Source of the DNA: an uncultured Hyphomicrobiaceae bacterium | GTDB taxonomy: Bacteria; Pseudomonadota; Alphaproteobacteria; Rhizobiales; CALHAX01 | Length of the DNA: 64,000 nucleotides | Assembly: GCA_937931785.1 (NCBI GenBank) | Contig: CALHAX010000069.1 | Span: 53,837 to 117,836 of the forward strand | Reading direction: 5' to 3' | Shown: positions 36,651-46,665 of the stretch, piece after piece | Numbering within the stretch: position 1 is the first letter of the stretch | Layout: every line of letters starts with the position of its first letter | Position numbers and translations under genes: made by a program | The notes under the pieces: model-generated | The model's input: the letters and a program-made list of their open reading frames with translations, nothing else | Told to the model about the DNA's origin: nothing | The model's database searches: none

Positions 36651-37294
36651 TGACGCATGTGTGCCCGTTATGTCGGGCGCCTGATGCTGAAATGTTTGCG
36701 GACATCCCACCACGGCACTACTTCGGATGTCGGACGTGCGAGCTCGTTTTTCTTGATCCTACGCAGCGTCCGTCCGCTGCTGACGAGAGGGCCGAATACG
36801 ATTTGCATCGGAACGATCCGTTGGATTTTCGATACCGAAAATGGCTGGCACGGCTGATAAATCCTCTGATCGTGGGTTTTTCGTTCGATGCAGAAGGGCT
36901 TGATTTCGGAAGCGGGCCCGGGCCAACCATTTCCGCAATGCTGAGTGAGCGGGGCTACACCGTCACGAATTACGATCCCAACTACGCGCCGGACCGTGGC
37001 GTCCTTGAAGGGAGCTATGATTTCATTTCCTGCACTGAGGTGGCGGAACATTTTCACGCACCTTGTGAGGAATTCGCGCTGTTCAACCGCATGCTTCGAC
37101 CGGGTGGGCGGCTCGGCGTCATGACAGAGTTGTTGCTCCCGACGCAGGATTTCGCCGGGTGGCGCTATCGTCTTCAACCCAGCCACGTGGTATTCTATCG
37201 CCCCGAAACAATGGCATGGATTGCCGAACGATTTGCCTGGTCTCTGGAGCTGCAGGAACCTGATGTGACTCTGTTCGAACGCCTCAGAACATGA
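36647..37294 (+). CDS. class I SAM-dependent methyltransferase with N-terminal Zn-ribbon
   Basis: CPLC...CRTC ribbon and SAM motif I GLDFGSGPG. The start (GTG 36647 or ATG 36650) overlaps the argE stop. Confidence 0.75.
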   Translation: MMTHVCPLCRAPDAEMFADIPPRHYFGCRTCELVFLDPTQRPSAADERAEYDLHRNDPLDFRYRKWLARLINPLIVGFSFDAEGLDFGSGPGPTISAMLSERGYTVTNYDPNYAPDRGVLEGSYDFISCTEVAEHFHAPCEEFALFNRMLRPGGRLGVMTELLLPTQDFAGWRYRLQPSHVVFYRPETMAWIAERFAWSLELQEPDVTLFERLRT

Positions 37295-37306
37295 AAGGAT
37301 GGCGCA

Positions 37307-37912
37307 GTGAGCAATCCCTATACACAAACCAGGTTGCCGGATTGCGTGTCAGTGCGCTGCCCGAACTGCGAAGGCCACGCGCAGTTTGAGTATGCGTCTT
37401 ATGTCGGGATCAAAGAGCGAAAAGATATCGGGTATTTCGAGGCATCGGATCACTTTACCTACGTGACCTCAACCGATTCCTACAACGCCATGAAACATCT
37501 CGCCGTCTATTATCATGGTCTGAACGGAAATACGCTGCACACAATCTCCGACCTGCCTGATGGATACGAGACCGAACACTGGACATATACGACGACGTGG
37601 GGTGCGGGCCGCATGTACCGCTACTTAGACCATGGCGTTCTGGCCTGTCCGGCGTGTCACCTCAGACGCAAGCATGTCCTCAAATGGCCGGATGATGCGT
37701 GGTTTCAGGTGACGTACCGGGGGCAGACGCTTTGGGCCTTTGATCGCGACTCCGCTACTTCACTGCTGGCATTCGTCAGCGCGACAGACCGGAAACTGAA
37801 ACATTTTTCTCACAACAAGTTTCTCCTGAAGGTTCCAGCGCACTTCCTTTCTGCGAAGGCGCGTGGGCCCGTTGTCAAAAAACTCAGCGCCTTGCTTGAT
37901 GCGTCGCACTGA
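37307..37912 (+). CDS. hypothetical Cys-rich (putative zinc-binding) protein
   Basis: GTG start with AAGGA 7 nt upstream, 12 nt after the methyltransferase stop. CPNCEGH ... CPACHLRRKH motifs. No family recognised. Confidence 0.55.
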   Translation: MSNPYTQTRLPDCVSVRCPNCEGHAQFEYASYVGIKERKDIGYFEASDHFTYVTSTDSYNAMKHLAVYYHGLNGNTLHTISDLPDGYETEHWTYTTTWGAGRMYRYLDHGVLACPACHLRRKHVLKWPDDAWFQVTYRGQTLWAFDRDSATSLLAFVSATDRKLKHFSHNKFLLKVPAHFLSAKARGPVVKKLSALLDASH

Positions 37913-37915
37913 ACG

Positions 37916-39064
37916 TCACCGTGCTGCGCGCATCGCCTCGCTGGTTCGGGATATCCCGGAGAGACGTGCCTCGAATTCGGTGAAGCTGACATTCGTCGTA
38001 CCGCGCTTGTGGAAGTAGAGGCGTTGGGCAATCGCACGGGCGGGTGGTGTTCCGAGGCAGGCGTTAATGAGCAGGTTCGGCGGTGCGAAATTGAGGGCGT
38101 GTCGGAGCAAACCCTTCAGCCGAAATCGTGGCAGCTCCCGGGACATGACCGCTTCCGGTGCAGGTCCCAGATGTTCGAGATGATCCGCGACGAGGTGCGC
38201 AGCTCTTTTCGCAAAACGGAATGCGAGGCGGATGCCTCCACCGCTCATGGGTGACACCAGTCCTGCGGCATCCCCAATCAACAAGACACGCTCGGACGCA
38301 AATGGGGAAACAATTCCGCCGCAAGGAATGCGCCCCGAGCGTCGCTCGCTCAACGTTCCCTGCTTGTACTTGAACAGGTGATCGGTTGCGTCTGTGAAGG
38401 CAGACAGGTCGGCGCGGACACCGGCTTTGACGGCGAGGCCGACCTGCGTGATACACGGCCCCGGTGCAACCCACCCAATGTATCCGGGAGCAAGTTTGCT
38501 GTCGGCAAAACAGTGCAGGAACCTTGGGTCGACCGCGTCGAGCCCCGTATACTCGTGTTCCAGTCCGAGCAGAAAGCGCGTGTTACGGCCGAGATTGAAT
38601 GCCTTGCCGACGCGAGAGCGACCCCCATCTGCGCCGATCAGATAGCGCCCGGTGAGTCCTGATCCCGAGAGCGCGATGCCTGCGCCAATGTGTTCTGCTC
38701 CCTCAAATCTGGTATTGAACAGGATGTTCGCGCCCGCCCTCTCCGCCTCGTGCGCCAACCATCGCAACAATGCGGCCGTGTCGGTTGTCAGGAAGAAATA
38801 TCCCGGTGCAAAGAGATCCGTGAAACTGTGATTTGGTGCATAGAGACGCACACCGTGCACCTTGCGGGTTACGTGATGCGGGACGTCAATTTCCTCTGCA
38901 GCCTCTTTGACGAGGATTCCGGTCGTATGAACGCGCGCACCTGCGTCTGGTTTGGCTTCCAGAACAAGAACCTTGAGGCCTCGCATTGCCGCGGTGCGTG
39001 CCGCGACCAGACCTGAAAAGCTTGCACCCACGATGATGAGATCATAATCAGTTTGCGATCGCAT
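37916..39064 (-). CDS. FAD-dependent oxidoreductase (geranylgeranyl reductase family)
   Basis: N-terminal DYDLIIVGASFSGLVAARTAA (GxGxxG) and LVLE, plus the later GDAAG motif (LIGDAAGLVSP). Confidence 0.8.
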   Translation of the reverse strand: MRSQTDYDLIIVGASFSGLVAARTAAMRGLKVLVLEAKPDAGARVHTTGILVKEAAEEIDVPHHVTRKVHGVRLYAPNHSFTDLFAPGYFFLTTDTAALLRWLAHEAERAGANILFNTRFEGAEHIGAGIALSGSGLTGRYLIGADGGRSRVGKAFNLGRNTRFLLGLEHEYTGLDAVDPRFLHCFADSKLAPGYIGWVAPGPCITQVGLAVKAGVRADLSAFTDATDHLFKYKQGTLSERRSGRIPCGGIVSPFASERVLLIGDAAGLVSPMSGGGIRLAFRFAKRAAHLVADHLEHLGPAPEAVMSRELPRFRLKGLLRHALNFAPPNLLINACLGTPPARAIAQRLYFHKRGTTNVSFTEFEARLSGISRTSEAMRAAR

Positions 39065-39238
39065 TTGTTGAATCCCTCCTGGTCATTGCGTGGCCTGCCT
39101 GCCGCCTCGGACACTGCTGCAAGGCGGTGACCGAATACCGTGTCATGCTGTCAAATCGTCAGGAGATTCCTCGCAGATTATGCGCCAGTCCGTGCTAAAG
39201 CCTTCAAGGCACGCCAGCATTGCTGCCTGGGGGACACC

Positions 39239-39871
39239 ATGACACTCGACACGTACTTGCTCTACCTTGGCGCGGTTGCCGTGTTCTTCGCGACACCCCC
39301 CGATACAAGCCAGTTGTTGATCATATCCAACAGTGTTCGCCATGGCCTCAAGCGGAGCTTTGCAACCATCGTCGGCGACCTGACGGCAAACTGCATTCAG
39401 ATGTCTGCTGCCGCTTTCGGACTTGCCGCGATTATCGCGACATCCGCCGATGCATTCCAGTGGATCAAATGGTTCGGTGTCGCCTACCTGGCCTGGATCG
39501 GGTTGCAGCTCATCTTGTCGACAAACAAACCCGATGCGATACATTCACACGGCGTAGCAACACGGCTCGTCTTGTTCCGACAAGGGTTCATCACATCAAT
39601 GGCGAACCCATTTGCCGTTGTGTTTTTTGCCGCGCTTTTTCCTCAATTCATTGACGCAACGCAACCCGTCGCACCACAACTCGTAGTCCTTGGCTCGACC
39701 TATCTGCTGATTGACGGCTTGCTGCTCGTCATATGGGGCTGGCTCGGCGTACGTGCTGCAGGATTAATCACCGGTTCTGCATTCGGATTGGTCAACAAGA
39801 TCTGCGGCAGTCTGATGATCGGTGCCGCGCTTTTGCTTGCGGGCAAGGATTTCGAACCACAAAAACAGTAA
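39239..39871 (+). CDS. LysE/RhtB family translocator
   Basis: About 210 aa with 6 TM helices. N-terminus MTLDTYLLYLGAVAVFFATPPDTSQL is typical of the LysE family. Start moved to the ATG at 39239. Confidence 0.8.
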   Translation: MTLDTYLLYLGAVAVFFATPPDTSQLLIISNSVRHGLKRSFATIVGDLTANCIQMSAAAFGLAAIIATSADAFQWIKWFGVAYLAWIGLQLILSTNKPDAIHSHGVATRLVLFRQGFITSMANPFAVVFFAALFPQFIDATQPVAPQLVVLGSTYLLIDGLLLVIWGWLGVRAAGLITGSAFGLVNKICGSLMIGAALLLAGKDFEPQKQ

Positions 39872-39906
39872 CCGGTTCAACCAGGCCAACGCTCAAGCAC
39901 CCTGCG

Positions 39907-41190
39907 CTATCCGTTCTCTACCGGGGTCACTGCCGGGGTCAACCGCAGGGCTGTGATCTGGTTGCGCTGCTTGCGCAGCACCTCGATGCGGAAATCGTAG
40001 AACGTGAACACCTGACCAGGTTCGGGGATTGTCTGTGCCTCGTGAATGACAAGCCCGGCGATTGTTGTGGCTCCGTCTTCCGGCAAGGTCCAGTCCATGT
40101 GGCGATTGAGATCGCGAACCGGAACGGAACCGTCGACGTTCACAGACCCATCTGACTGCGGTCTGATGCCTGCATTCTCGATATCGTGCTCATCAGTGAT
40201 CTGGCCAACAATTTCTTCAAGAATATCCTCCAGTGTCACCAATCCCATCACCTCTCCGTACTCGTCAACGACAAGTGCAAAGTGAGCCTTGCGGCGCAGG
40301 AAAGCGTTCAACTGATTCTTGAGCCCCGTTGATTCTGGCACGAACCAGGGATCTGTTGCGAAGTCCGTGAAATCAATTTTTTCAACGTCATTGCCGTGCC
40401 GATTGAGCTCTCGCAGCACATCCTTGACGTGCAGAACGCCAACAATATTTTCTGATTCACCGCGATAGACAGGCAACCGCGTATGTGGGCTTTTGAGAAT
40501 TTCGTCGAGGATTTTCTGCGGCGCATCTCCCCCGTCAACGGTTTGCATCTGCGTGCGATGCACCATGACATCGAGCACCTCCAGATCACGCAGGTCGAGA
40601 ATACCTCCGAGCATATCACGATCGTGTTTCACAACCGCACCGTCTTCATGATGGAGATCAATGGTTCCGCGCAATTCTTCATGCGCAGAGGGCAGCATCC
40701 CGTCCTTACTTTCCGCATGCAACCGCGTGCCAAGAACACGCTTCACAATCCACTGCACACCGTCAGCAACAGGAGCGAGAACCGAAACGATGACCTTGAG
40801 CAACGGAGAGACGGCCAACGACATTTTCTCTGGAGCAAAAATCGCGTATGTCTTGGGCAACACTTCGGCAAACACGACCACAAGTGCTGTCATAGCCAAC
40901 GTGGCGTAAACGACCCCCGCTTCACCAAAGATCCTCAGAAAAAGCGTGGTCGCCAACGCTGATGCCAGAATATTAACGAGGTTATTGCCAATCAGGATTG
41001 CGCCAATCATGCGCTCTGGCTCGTTACTCAACTCTGTGACAGTTGCTGCGCGCTGGTCCCCCTCCTTTTCCAACGCCCGCAAACGAGCCCGGGACGACGC
41101 CGTCATGGCGGTTTCGGAACCAGAGAAAAACGCAGATATGGAGAGAAGCACCACAATGGCGCCAAGTGTCATTAGTGTTTCAGCGGTCAT
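39907..41190 (-). CDS. HlyC/CorC family transporter (DUF21-CBS-CorC_HlyC)
   Basis: N-terminal DUF21 TM domain (FFSGSETAMTAS), a CBS pair, and a C-terminal CorC/HlyC domain. Confidence 0.85.
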   Translation of the reverse strand: MTAETLMTLGAIVVLLSISAFFSGSETAMTASSRARLRALEKEGDQRAATVTELSNEPERMIGAILIGNNLVNILASALATTLFLRIFGEAGVVYATLAMTALVVVFAEVLPKTYAIFAPEKMSLAVSPLLKVIVSVLAPVADGVQWIVKRVLGTRLHAESKDGMLPSAHEELRGTIDLHHEDGAVVKHDRDMLGGILDLRDLEVLDVMVHRTQMQTVDGGDAPQKILDEILKSPHTRLPVYRGESENIVGVLHVKDVLRELNRHGNDVEKIDFTDFATDPWFVPESTGLKNQLNAFLRRKAHFALVVDEYGEVMGLVTLEDILEEIVGQITDEHDIENAGIRPQSDGSVNVDGSVPVRDLNRHMDWTLPEDGATTIAGLVIHEAQTIPEPGQVFTFYDFRIEVLRKQRNQITALRLTPAVTPVENG

Positions 41191-41255
41191 GGCTCATGAT
41201 CTTGCTGGTTGAGAGAGGTAAGTAAACGGACTGAATACATATGAAGTCTGACAGA

Positions 41256-42350
41256 CTACACTTGCCAACGGGTTACGGGTAGCGCCGCCATATTCGCAGC
41301 AACGGCTGAGGTGAGGGCCGCCTGATCCAGCAAGCCGGTTTGTGTGTCAATCGCACCGACCACCGATGCTGCATTGCAGGCCGCGGCACGCAAGGCTGTT
41401 TCCGTGTCGACCCCATCAGCAATATGTGCCGAAAGCGTCGAGGCGAAGGCATCACCGGCACCGGCCGTTCCAACGACTTCCGCTTTCATGACGGGGCACC
41501 AGAGGATTTCGTTCCCCAGTGCCAGATAGGCTCCATGCATGCCATCCGTGATCAGCACGGCTTCGACGCCTACACTTCGCAATTCGCACATGATGCGGGG
41601 CAAGCTCATTTCGAAACCGCCTCCAGACAGGCCTCGCGCCATGAGTCGGGGTTGTTCACCCGATGCGGGGTCCGACAACGGCTTTCCACCTTCCCCGCAT
41701 CGCGGCACAAGCGCAGGCACGATTACGGCAGCTTCACTGGCGTTCAGGCACAAGATATCGATGTCGGACAGTACATCAAAAAACGCTCCGCCGCGGGCTG
41801 AGAGTTGACGTGTGCCCGGGTTCGTCGCGACCTTTGCGCCTTTGGCCCTGGCTCCGGTGACGAGTTCCGGAAACCGATCTGCAGATTCGTTGCTCAACGA
41901 CGAAATGTAAACGAGATCCGTGTCCAGAACATCCGGCTTGATATCCGCTGATTCAAGCAAGGTGTTTGCACCGCGGAAGGTGAAAATGGCTGCATTGCGC
42001 TCATGCGATGCGATCAACACCGAAGCCCCTGTCGGCGCACGTCCATCGCGCACCACCCATCGTGTCGAAACACCCTCGTCCTGCAGGCGATGGAGCACAA
42101 GTTCAGCACGGTCGTCCTTGCCAAGTTTCAGAAGCGTGGCAACATCGTGCCCCGCCCGCGCCATCGAAACAGCAGCATTCACTGCCCCGCCACCGACGTG
42201 GCCTGAAATATCCGAAGCTTCGATCTTGCGGCCTTCTTCCAGGAGCAGAAAATCCGCATCGGCGTTGCGCATTGTCATGCGCTCAATCCGGTCGCTCTGG
42301 ATGATTGCAATGGTATCAACCATCGCACCGCCCACGGTTAGAACTTTCAT
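41256..42350 (-). CDS. PfkB family carbohydrate kinase
   Basis: MKVLTVGGAMVDT N-terminus and the GAGDAF anion-hole motif near the C-terminus. Start moved to the ATG at 42350. Confidence 0.8.
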   Translation of the reverse strand: MKVLTVGGAMVDTIAIIQSDRIERMTMRNADADFLLLEEGRKIEASDISGHVGGGAVNAAVSMARAGHDVATLLKLGKDDRAELVLHRLQDEGVSTRWVVRDGRAPTGASVLIASHERNAAIFTFRGANTLLESADIKPDVLDTDLVYISSLSNESADRFPELVTGARAKGAKVATNPGTRQLSARGGAFFDVLSDIDILCLNASEAAVIVPALVPRCGEGGKPLSDPASGEQPRLMARGLSGGGFEMSLPRIMCELRSVGVEAVLITDGMHGAYLALGNEILWCPVMKAEVVGTAGAGDAFASTLSAHIADGVDTETALRAAACNAASVVGAIDTQTGLLDQAALTSAVAANMAALPVTRWQV

Positions 42351-42442
42351 GGATACGTCCTGTGGAACAATGTTGTCCGTGCAGCTATCACAACACGCCG
42401 CAGCGGAATAGAAGGTGTTTCGACTGACAGGGGAGGCAAGAC

Positions 42443-43633
42443 ATGATGACAGATGCTGACGGAACGACAATCACACATGCACGCGGCATTGCTGTAGCGG
42501 AATTCGAAACGCGGTTGGAGCGTGCCCAAGCCGGTATGGCGGCGCAGAAGCTGGATGCCCTGGTGGTCACAACGCCACAAAATATCAGGTATTTTACCGG
42601 GTTCGCAACCACGTTCTGGGAAAGCCCGACACGGCCATGGTTCGTGATCTTGCCGCGGAACGGCGTGCCCATCGCGGTGATTCCGGAGATTGGCGCCGAC
42701 GGTATGGCGATGACGTGGGTGCAGGACATCCGAACGTGGCGCGCACCACAGCCCGAAGACGACGGTGTGTCGCTTTTGACGTCCGTGTTGAGCAGCACGT
42801 CCGGAACCGGAGGTCGGATTGGCTGGGAAATGGGACGCGAGTCCGTGATCCGCATGCCGATTTCAGATTTCGACCGGCTACGGGGACTGGCCACCGGGTT
42901 GGAATTTGTCGATGGTGCGCCGCTGATCTGGGATCTGCGGATGGTGAAGTCCGAGTCCGAGATCGAGCGTATTCGAACGGCATGTACGATTGCCTGTGAC
43001 GCATTCGATGCCTTGCCGGCGCACATGGCATCAGGGCAAACCGAGTACGAGGCGGCGTGTGCTTATCGCACACTCCTTGCAAAACAAGGGGCAGACAGCG
43101 TCCCTTTTCTCTCCGTATGTTCTGGCGAAGCGGGTTACAGTCAGATCATTGTCGGGCCGACAGAGCGAAAGTTTTCGACAGGCGATGTCCTGTTCATGGA
43201 CGTTGGCGCGACGTGGGACGGTTACTTCTGCGACTTCGACCGGAATTTTTCGTTTGGGGAACCGAACGACGATGTGAAGCGGGCGCACGAAACATTATGG
43301 CAATCCACGGAAGCGGGAATTGCTGCAGTTCGTCCAGGCGCGAACACTGATGATCTGTTTCACGCCATGGCGAAGGTGATCGATACCGGAGGCTACGCGG
43401 CTCCGACAACCGGACGGCTGGGCCATGGACTTGGCCTGCATCTCACCGAACCGCCATCACATATGCCAGGCGATGGCACAGTGATCACGGAAAACATGGT
43501 GCTGACCATCGAACCCGGGCTTGAGTACGCGCCGGGGAAAATGCTGGTGCACGAGGAGGATATTGTTGTACGTGTGGACGGTGCGGAGTTGCTGACACGC
43601 AGGGCGTCACGCGAGATGGTTGTGATTGCCTAA
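42443..43633 (+). CDS. M24 family metallopeptidase (Xaa-Pro peptidase/creatinase-like)
   Basis: Creatinase N-domain plus a pita-bread domain with FMDVGATWDGYFCDFDR and GHGLGLHLTEPP. Confidence 0.8.
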   Translation: MMTDADGTTITHARGIAVAEFETRLERAQAGMAAQKLDALVVTTPQNIRYFTGFATTFWESPTRPWFVILPRNGVPIAVIPEIGADGMAMTWVQDIRTWRAPQPEDDGVSLLTSVLSSTSGTGGRIGWEMGRESVIRMPISDFDRLRGLATGLEFVDGAPLIWDLRMVKSESEIERIRTACTIACDAFDALPAHMASGQTEYEAACAYRTLLAKQGADSVPFLSVCSGEAGYSQIIVGPTERKFSTGDVLFMDVGATWDGYFCDFDRNFSFGEPNDDVKRAHETLWQSTEAGIAAVRPGANTDDLFHAMAKVIDTGGYAAPTTGRLGHGLGLHLTEPPSHMPGDGTVITENMVLTIEPGLEYAPGKMLVHEEDIVVRVDGAELLTRRASREMVVIA

Positions 43634-43780
43634 CCAGCTTCAAAGAGTTCCAGCCAGAGAGCGTTACAGCATTGCGGGTATCAGGATATCGCCCCCCTTT
43701 GTGCTGCTCGACCTCACCCCGCATCGCGGCACAGACAAGGTCTGTCGTATAGGCGATGCATCACATGCACCAACGGGCCA

Positions 43781-44335
43781 CTACCAGGACTGCGGCGCTT
43801 CTGCCCGGTCGGTCATGGTGTAGTCGCGCATGACGGAAAACACGTGGGTTGCGGTCACATCAGAGGCTGATTCATTGGCATCCATGATGGCCAACGCGTG
43901 CGCATGCGCATCAAGGCTATATATCGTGACGAACTGGTTTTCACGATAGACGCTGGCGAACGTTTCTCCACCCTCTACTTCTGGCATGTCACCATTGCCC
44001 TCCGCAGCAATAATCCACCGTTCCGGACTGTCGGGCACGGCCATGTCGGGTGTTACCTGACGTGCAACGCGGATGCGATAATCATCGAAGTGCACGTCGC
44101 GGCCGGCACGTTGCGCGATCTGATGACGTTGATCTGCACGCCACTTGAGAAGGTGCGCCTCGTCCTGCCAATGCTGATAAGACAGAATGATTCCCGGACG
44201 CTTCAGGCTCTTATAACGATCAATGAACAGGACGCCGCCATTGTCTTCCAGAATGGGACGGAGACACGCAGCCGTATTGAAATAATGCTCTTCGTGCCCC
44301 GGCTTCGGTTCAACCTCGAAAAACAGACCAATCAT
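43781..44335 (-). CDS. antibiotic biosynthesis monooxygenase (ABM) domain protein
   Basis: The N-terminal ~95 aa show a ferredoxin-like ABM pattern (FFEVEPKPGHEEHYF...ILSYQHWQDEAHLLKW). The C-terminal half is unknown. Confidence 0.55.
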   Translation of the reverse strand: MIGLFFEVEPKPGHEEHYFNTAACLRPILEDNGGVLFIDRYKSLKRPGIILSYQHWQDEAHLLKWRADQRHQIAQRAGRDVHFDDYRIRVARQVTPDMAVPDSPERWIIAAEGNGDMPEVEGGETFASVYRENQFVTIYSLDAHAHALAIMDANESASDVTATHVFSVMRDYTMTDRAEAPQSW

Positions 44336-44419
44336 TGTTGTCCTCTTGGAAGCGTATGCAATCTGGACAGCTTGTGTTTATGCTGATCCGATAGCCTACC
44401 GTATCATGAGGAGATCGAC

Positions 44420-44803
44420 ATGAAATTTTCTGTCACGCATGCCGACGATACGGACTTCGAGGACGGTGGATTGCGTGGGTTCTTTGAATACCGCGATCTC
44501 GGCATCAAGGAGGCGACGGGTGGCAAGGTGGGCGCGCATGTCATCCGTGCGGTGCCTGGCGCACATTCAGGTGGCGAGGCCCACACGCACACTCTGGAGT
44601 TCCAGATGGTCTACATTCTGAAAGGCTGGGTGAAGTTCTGGTACGACGGGCATGGCGAGGTTCTGCTCAAACCGGGTTCCTGCGTGCACCAGGCCCCGGG
44701 GATCGTGCACCGGGAAGTCGAACATTCCGATGATCTCGAGCTGATCGAGATTACGCTTCCGGCGGATTTCCCGACTCACGACGCAAAAGCGGACGCCACG
44801 TAG
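44420..44803 (+). CDS. cupin domain-containing protein
   Basis: GGEAHTHTLEFQMVYILKGW ... GIVHRE cupin motifs. Confidence 0.75.
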   Translation: MKFSVTHADDTDFEDGGLRGFFEYRDLGIKEATGGKVGAHVIRAVPGAHSGGEAHTHTLEFQMVYILKGWVKFWYDGHGEVLLKPGSCVHQAPGIVHREVEHSDDLELIEITLPADFPTHDAKADAT

Positions 44804-44853
44804 AACGTAACGTCCGCTAGATTTTTAAGCACTCATGTTCGGCGAAGATGTTG

Positions 44854-45159
44854 TTATGCGTCAGCTGTTGCTGGAGCCGTTTCAGCCGCCTTGGAGATAT
44901 CGCGCTTGAGGCGACGCGCACGGTCGGACAGATCATCTGCCTTGGCTTTTGCCAGAAATGCGTCAAGTCCACCACGATGCTCTACCGTACGCAAAGCCTG
45001 AGCAGACACTTTCAGGCGAAAAGCACGGCCCAATGTGTCGCTGATCAGGGTTACATCGCAGAGATTCGGAAGAAACTTGCGTCGCGACCTGTTTTTCGCG
45101 TGGCTTACATTGTTCCCGGACATTACGCCCTTGCCAGTGAGTTCACAACGCCGCGCCAT
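44854..45159 (-). CDS. rpmB: 50S ribosomal protein L28
   Basis: [33 protein letters not shown] is the canonical L28 N-terminus. Start moved to the ATG at 45159. Confidence 0.9.
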   Translation of the reverse strand: MARRCELTGKGVMSGNNVSHAKNRSRRKFLPNLCDVTLISDTLGRAFRLKVSAQALRTVEHRGGLDAFLAKAKADDLSDRARRLKRDISKAAETAPATADA

Positions 45160-45479
45160 GGCACAGGCTCCTTGTCTCGTCCGCTCGACGATCCCGGTCA
45201 AATGTCCGGTTCTGGATCGGAAAAATTGAAAAACGCGGCTCAAAAGGCCGCGCGGTTGGCCTGCGTATACTCGGAATGGTACGCTAGCGTCAAGCGAACA
45301 ATGCCAATATCGCGGCTGTTCCCTACCATACCCGGCGTTCTGTGCCTGCCATCAGCCTGCCGCGTTGCCGACTTGACAGAGCAGACCTTTCGACCCGACA
45401 CAGAATTGACCTAAAACCGACCTAACGACCGGTCCTGGCTGAGAGACTTCCGGGCACAGACACTGGGGATTCCTTACAT

Positions 45480-46361
45480 ATGACGCAAGATTTCCGACGT
45501 CGCACAAGCCGCTGCGCTCCGATCATGGCGATGGTTGCAGGGACATCAACGCTCATTACAGCATTTGCAGTGATGGGCCCTGGTAAGGCGCAGGCTGCAG
45601 AGCCCTGGGTCAAGAGCGTATCGGCAAGCTATCGTGTTGAATTGGCGGGGGTGAAGTTCGGAACTTACAATTTCTCATCAACCCGCGATGGTCGTACATA
45701 CAAAATCAGCAGCAACGCGAAGTTGAAAGCCTTCTTCGGCGCCCTCAAGTGGCGGGGGGCAGCCTACAGTTCGGGAACAATGACCTCTCGCGGGCCACGC
45801 CCGACCAGCTATCTTTACAACTACCGCAAAAACAAGAAAAAGCCGCGGACCGTCACTGTGACGATGGCAAACGGCAACGCAACCAAGGTTGTTCACGCGC
45901 CGCCGCGGAACAATTCCAAAAGACGCATCCCGATCACAAAAGCACATTATCAAGACGTTCTCGACCCGATGAGCGCTCTCGTTGCCCTTTCTGCACCCGT
46001 CGGCACCAACAGTCCCTGCAAACAGACCGTGCGGGTTTTTGACGGGTCGCACAGGTTCGACGTCAAGCTGTCTCCCAAGGGCAAACAGAAACTAAATCTA
46101 AAACGCGGTGCCGGGTTTTCAAACCGGGCGCTGGTCTGTCGCATACAGCATTTCCCGATCGCAGGGCACAAGAGCGGAAAGAAGAACAGCTACATTTCCG
46201 ATCCAAAAGGTGTCGAAGTGTGGCTCGTTCCGGCAGCGGGCGGACTGATTTACGTGCCTTACCGTATTGTTGTTCCAACCCTTATCGGTTCTGCTGTGCT
46301 GCAAGCTTCATCCGTAAATGTCGAGCTTTCGGATCGCAAGCGACTGGCGCTCCTGCACTGA
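45480..46361 (+). CDS. DUF3108 domain-containing protein
   Basis: Signal peptide followed by a beta-rich pattern (YRVELAGVKFGTYNFSS...) as in alphaproteobacterial DUF3108 proteins. Confidence 0.7.
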   Translation: MTQDFRRRTSRCAPIMAMVAGTSTLITAFAVMGPGKAQAAEPWVKSVSASYRVELAGVKFGTYNFSSTRDGRTYKISSNAKLKAFFGALKWRGAAYSSGTMTSRGPRPTSYLYNYRKNKKKPRTVTVTMANGNATKVVHAPPRNNSKRRIPITKAHYQDVLDPMSALVALSAPVGTNSPCKQTVRVFDGSHRFDVKLSPKGKQKLNLKRGAGFSNRALVCRIQHFPIAGHKSGKKNSYISDPKGVEVWLVPAAGGLIYVPYRIVVPTLIGSAVLQASSVNVELSDRKRLALLH

Positions 46362-46665
46362 TTGTCGCTGCCTTATCTTCGGTTAGGAGGTTTGGCGCTT
46401 TTCAAATTCATGCGCCGACGGATGATCTGCTACGCCTCATACCAAAAGTCGTCCCGTTAACTGCCAGTTTACGCTGAACGGCATTCGACTTGCTTAGTGG
46501 CAGTTGACCGGATCAACCGAGCCACTGCATGAACCCAATTGGGCAAGGTATCGCTGGCAACAGGTGACCCGGACAGTGGAAGTCTCTAAAGTGACTCCAT
46601 TAACCATGACCGGTGTCGTGCGTATGCTGCACCGGATTATGCAGAATTGAAAGACGGGCCGCCAC

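Noticed and set aside
46459-46505. 8-bp inverted repeat AACTGCCA...TGGCAGTT upstream of the helicase gene, and a 7-bp hairpin at 16743-16765 after the GST gene
   Set aside because: Both fall within chance expectation for short stems, and neither has a T-tract or a conserved motif.
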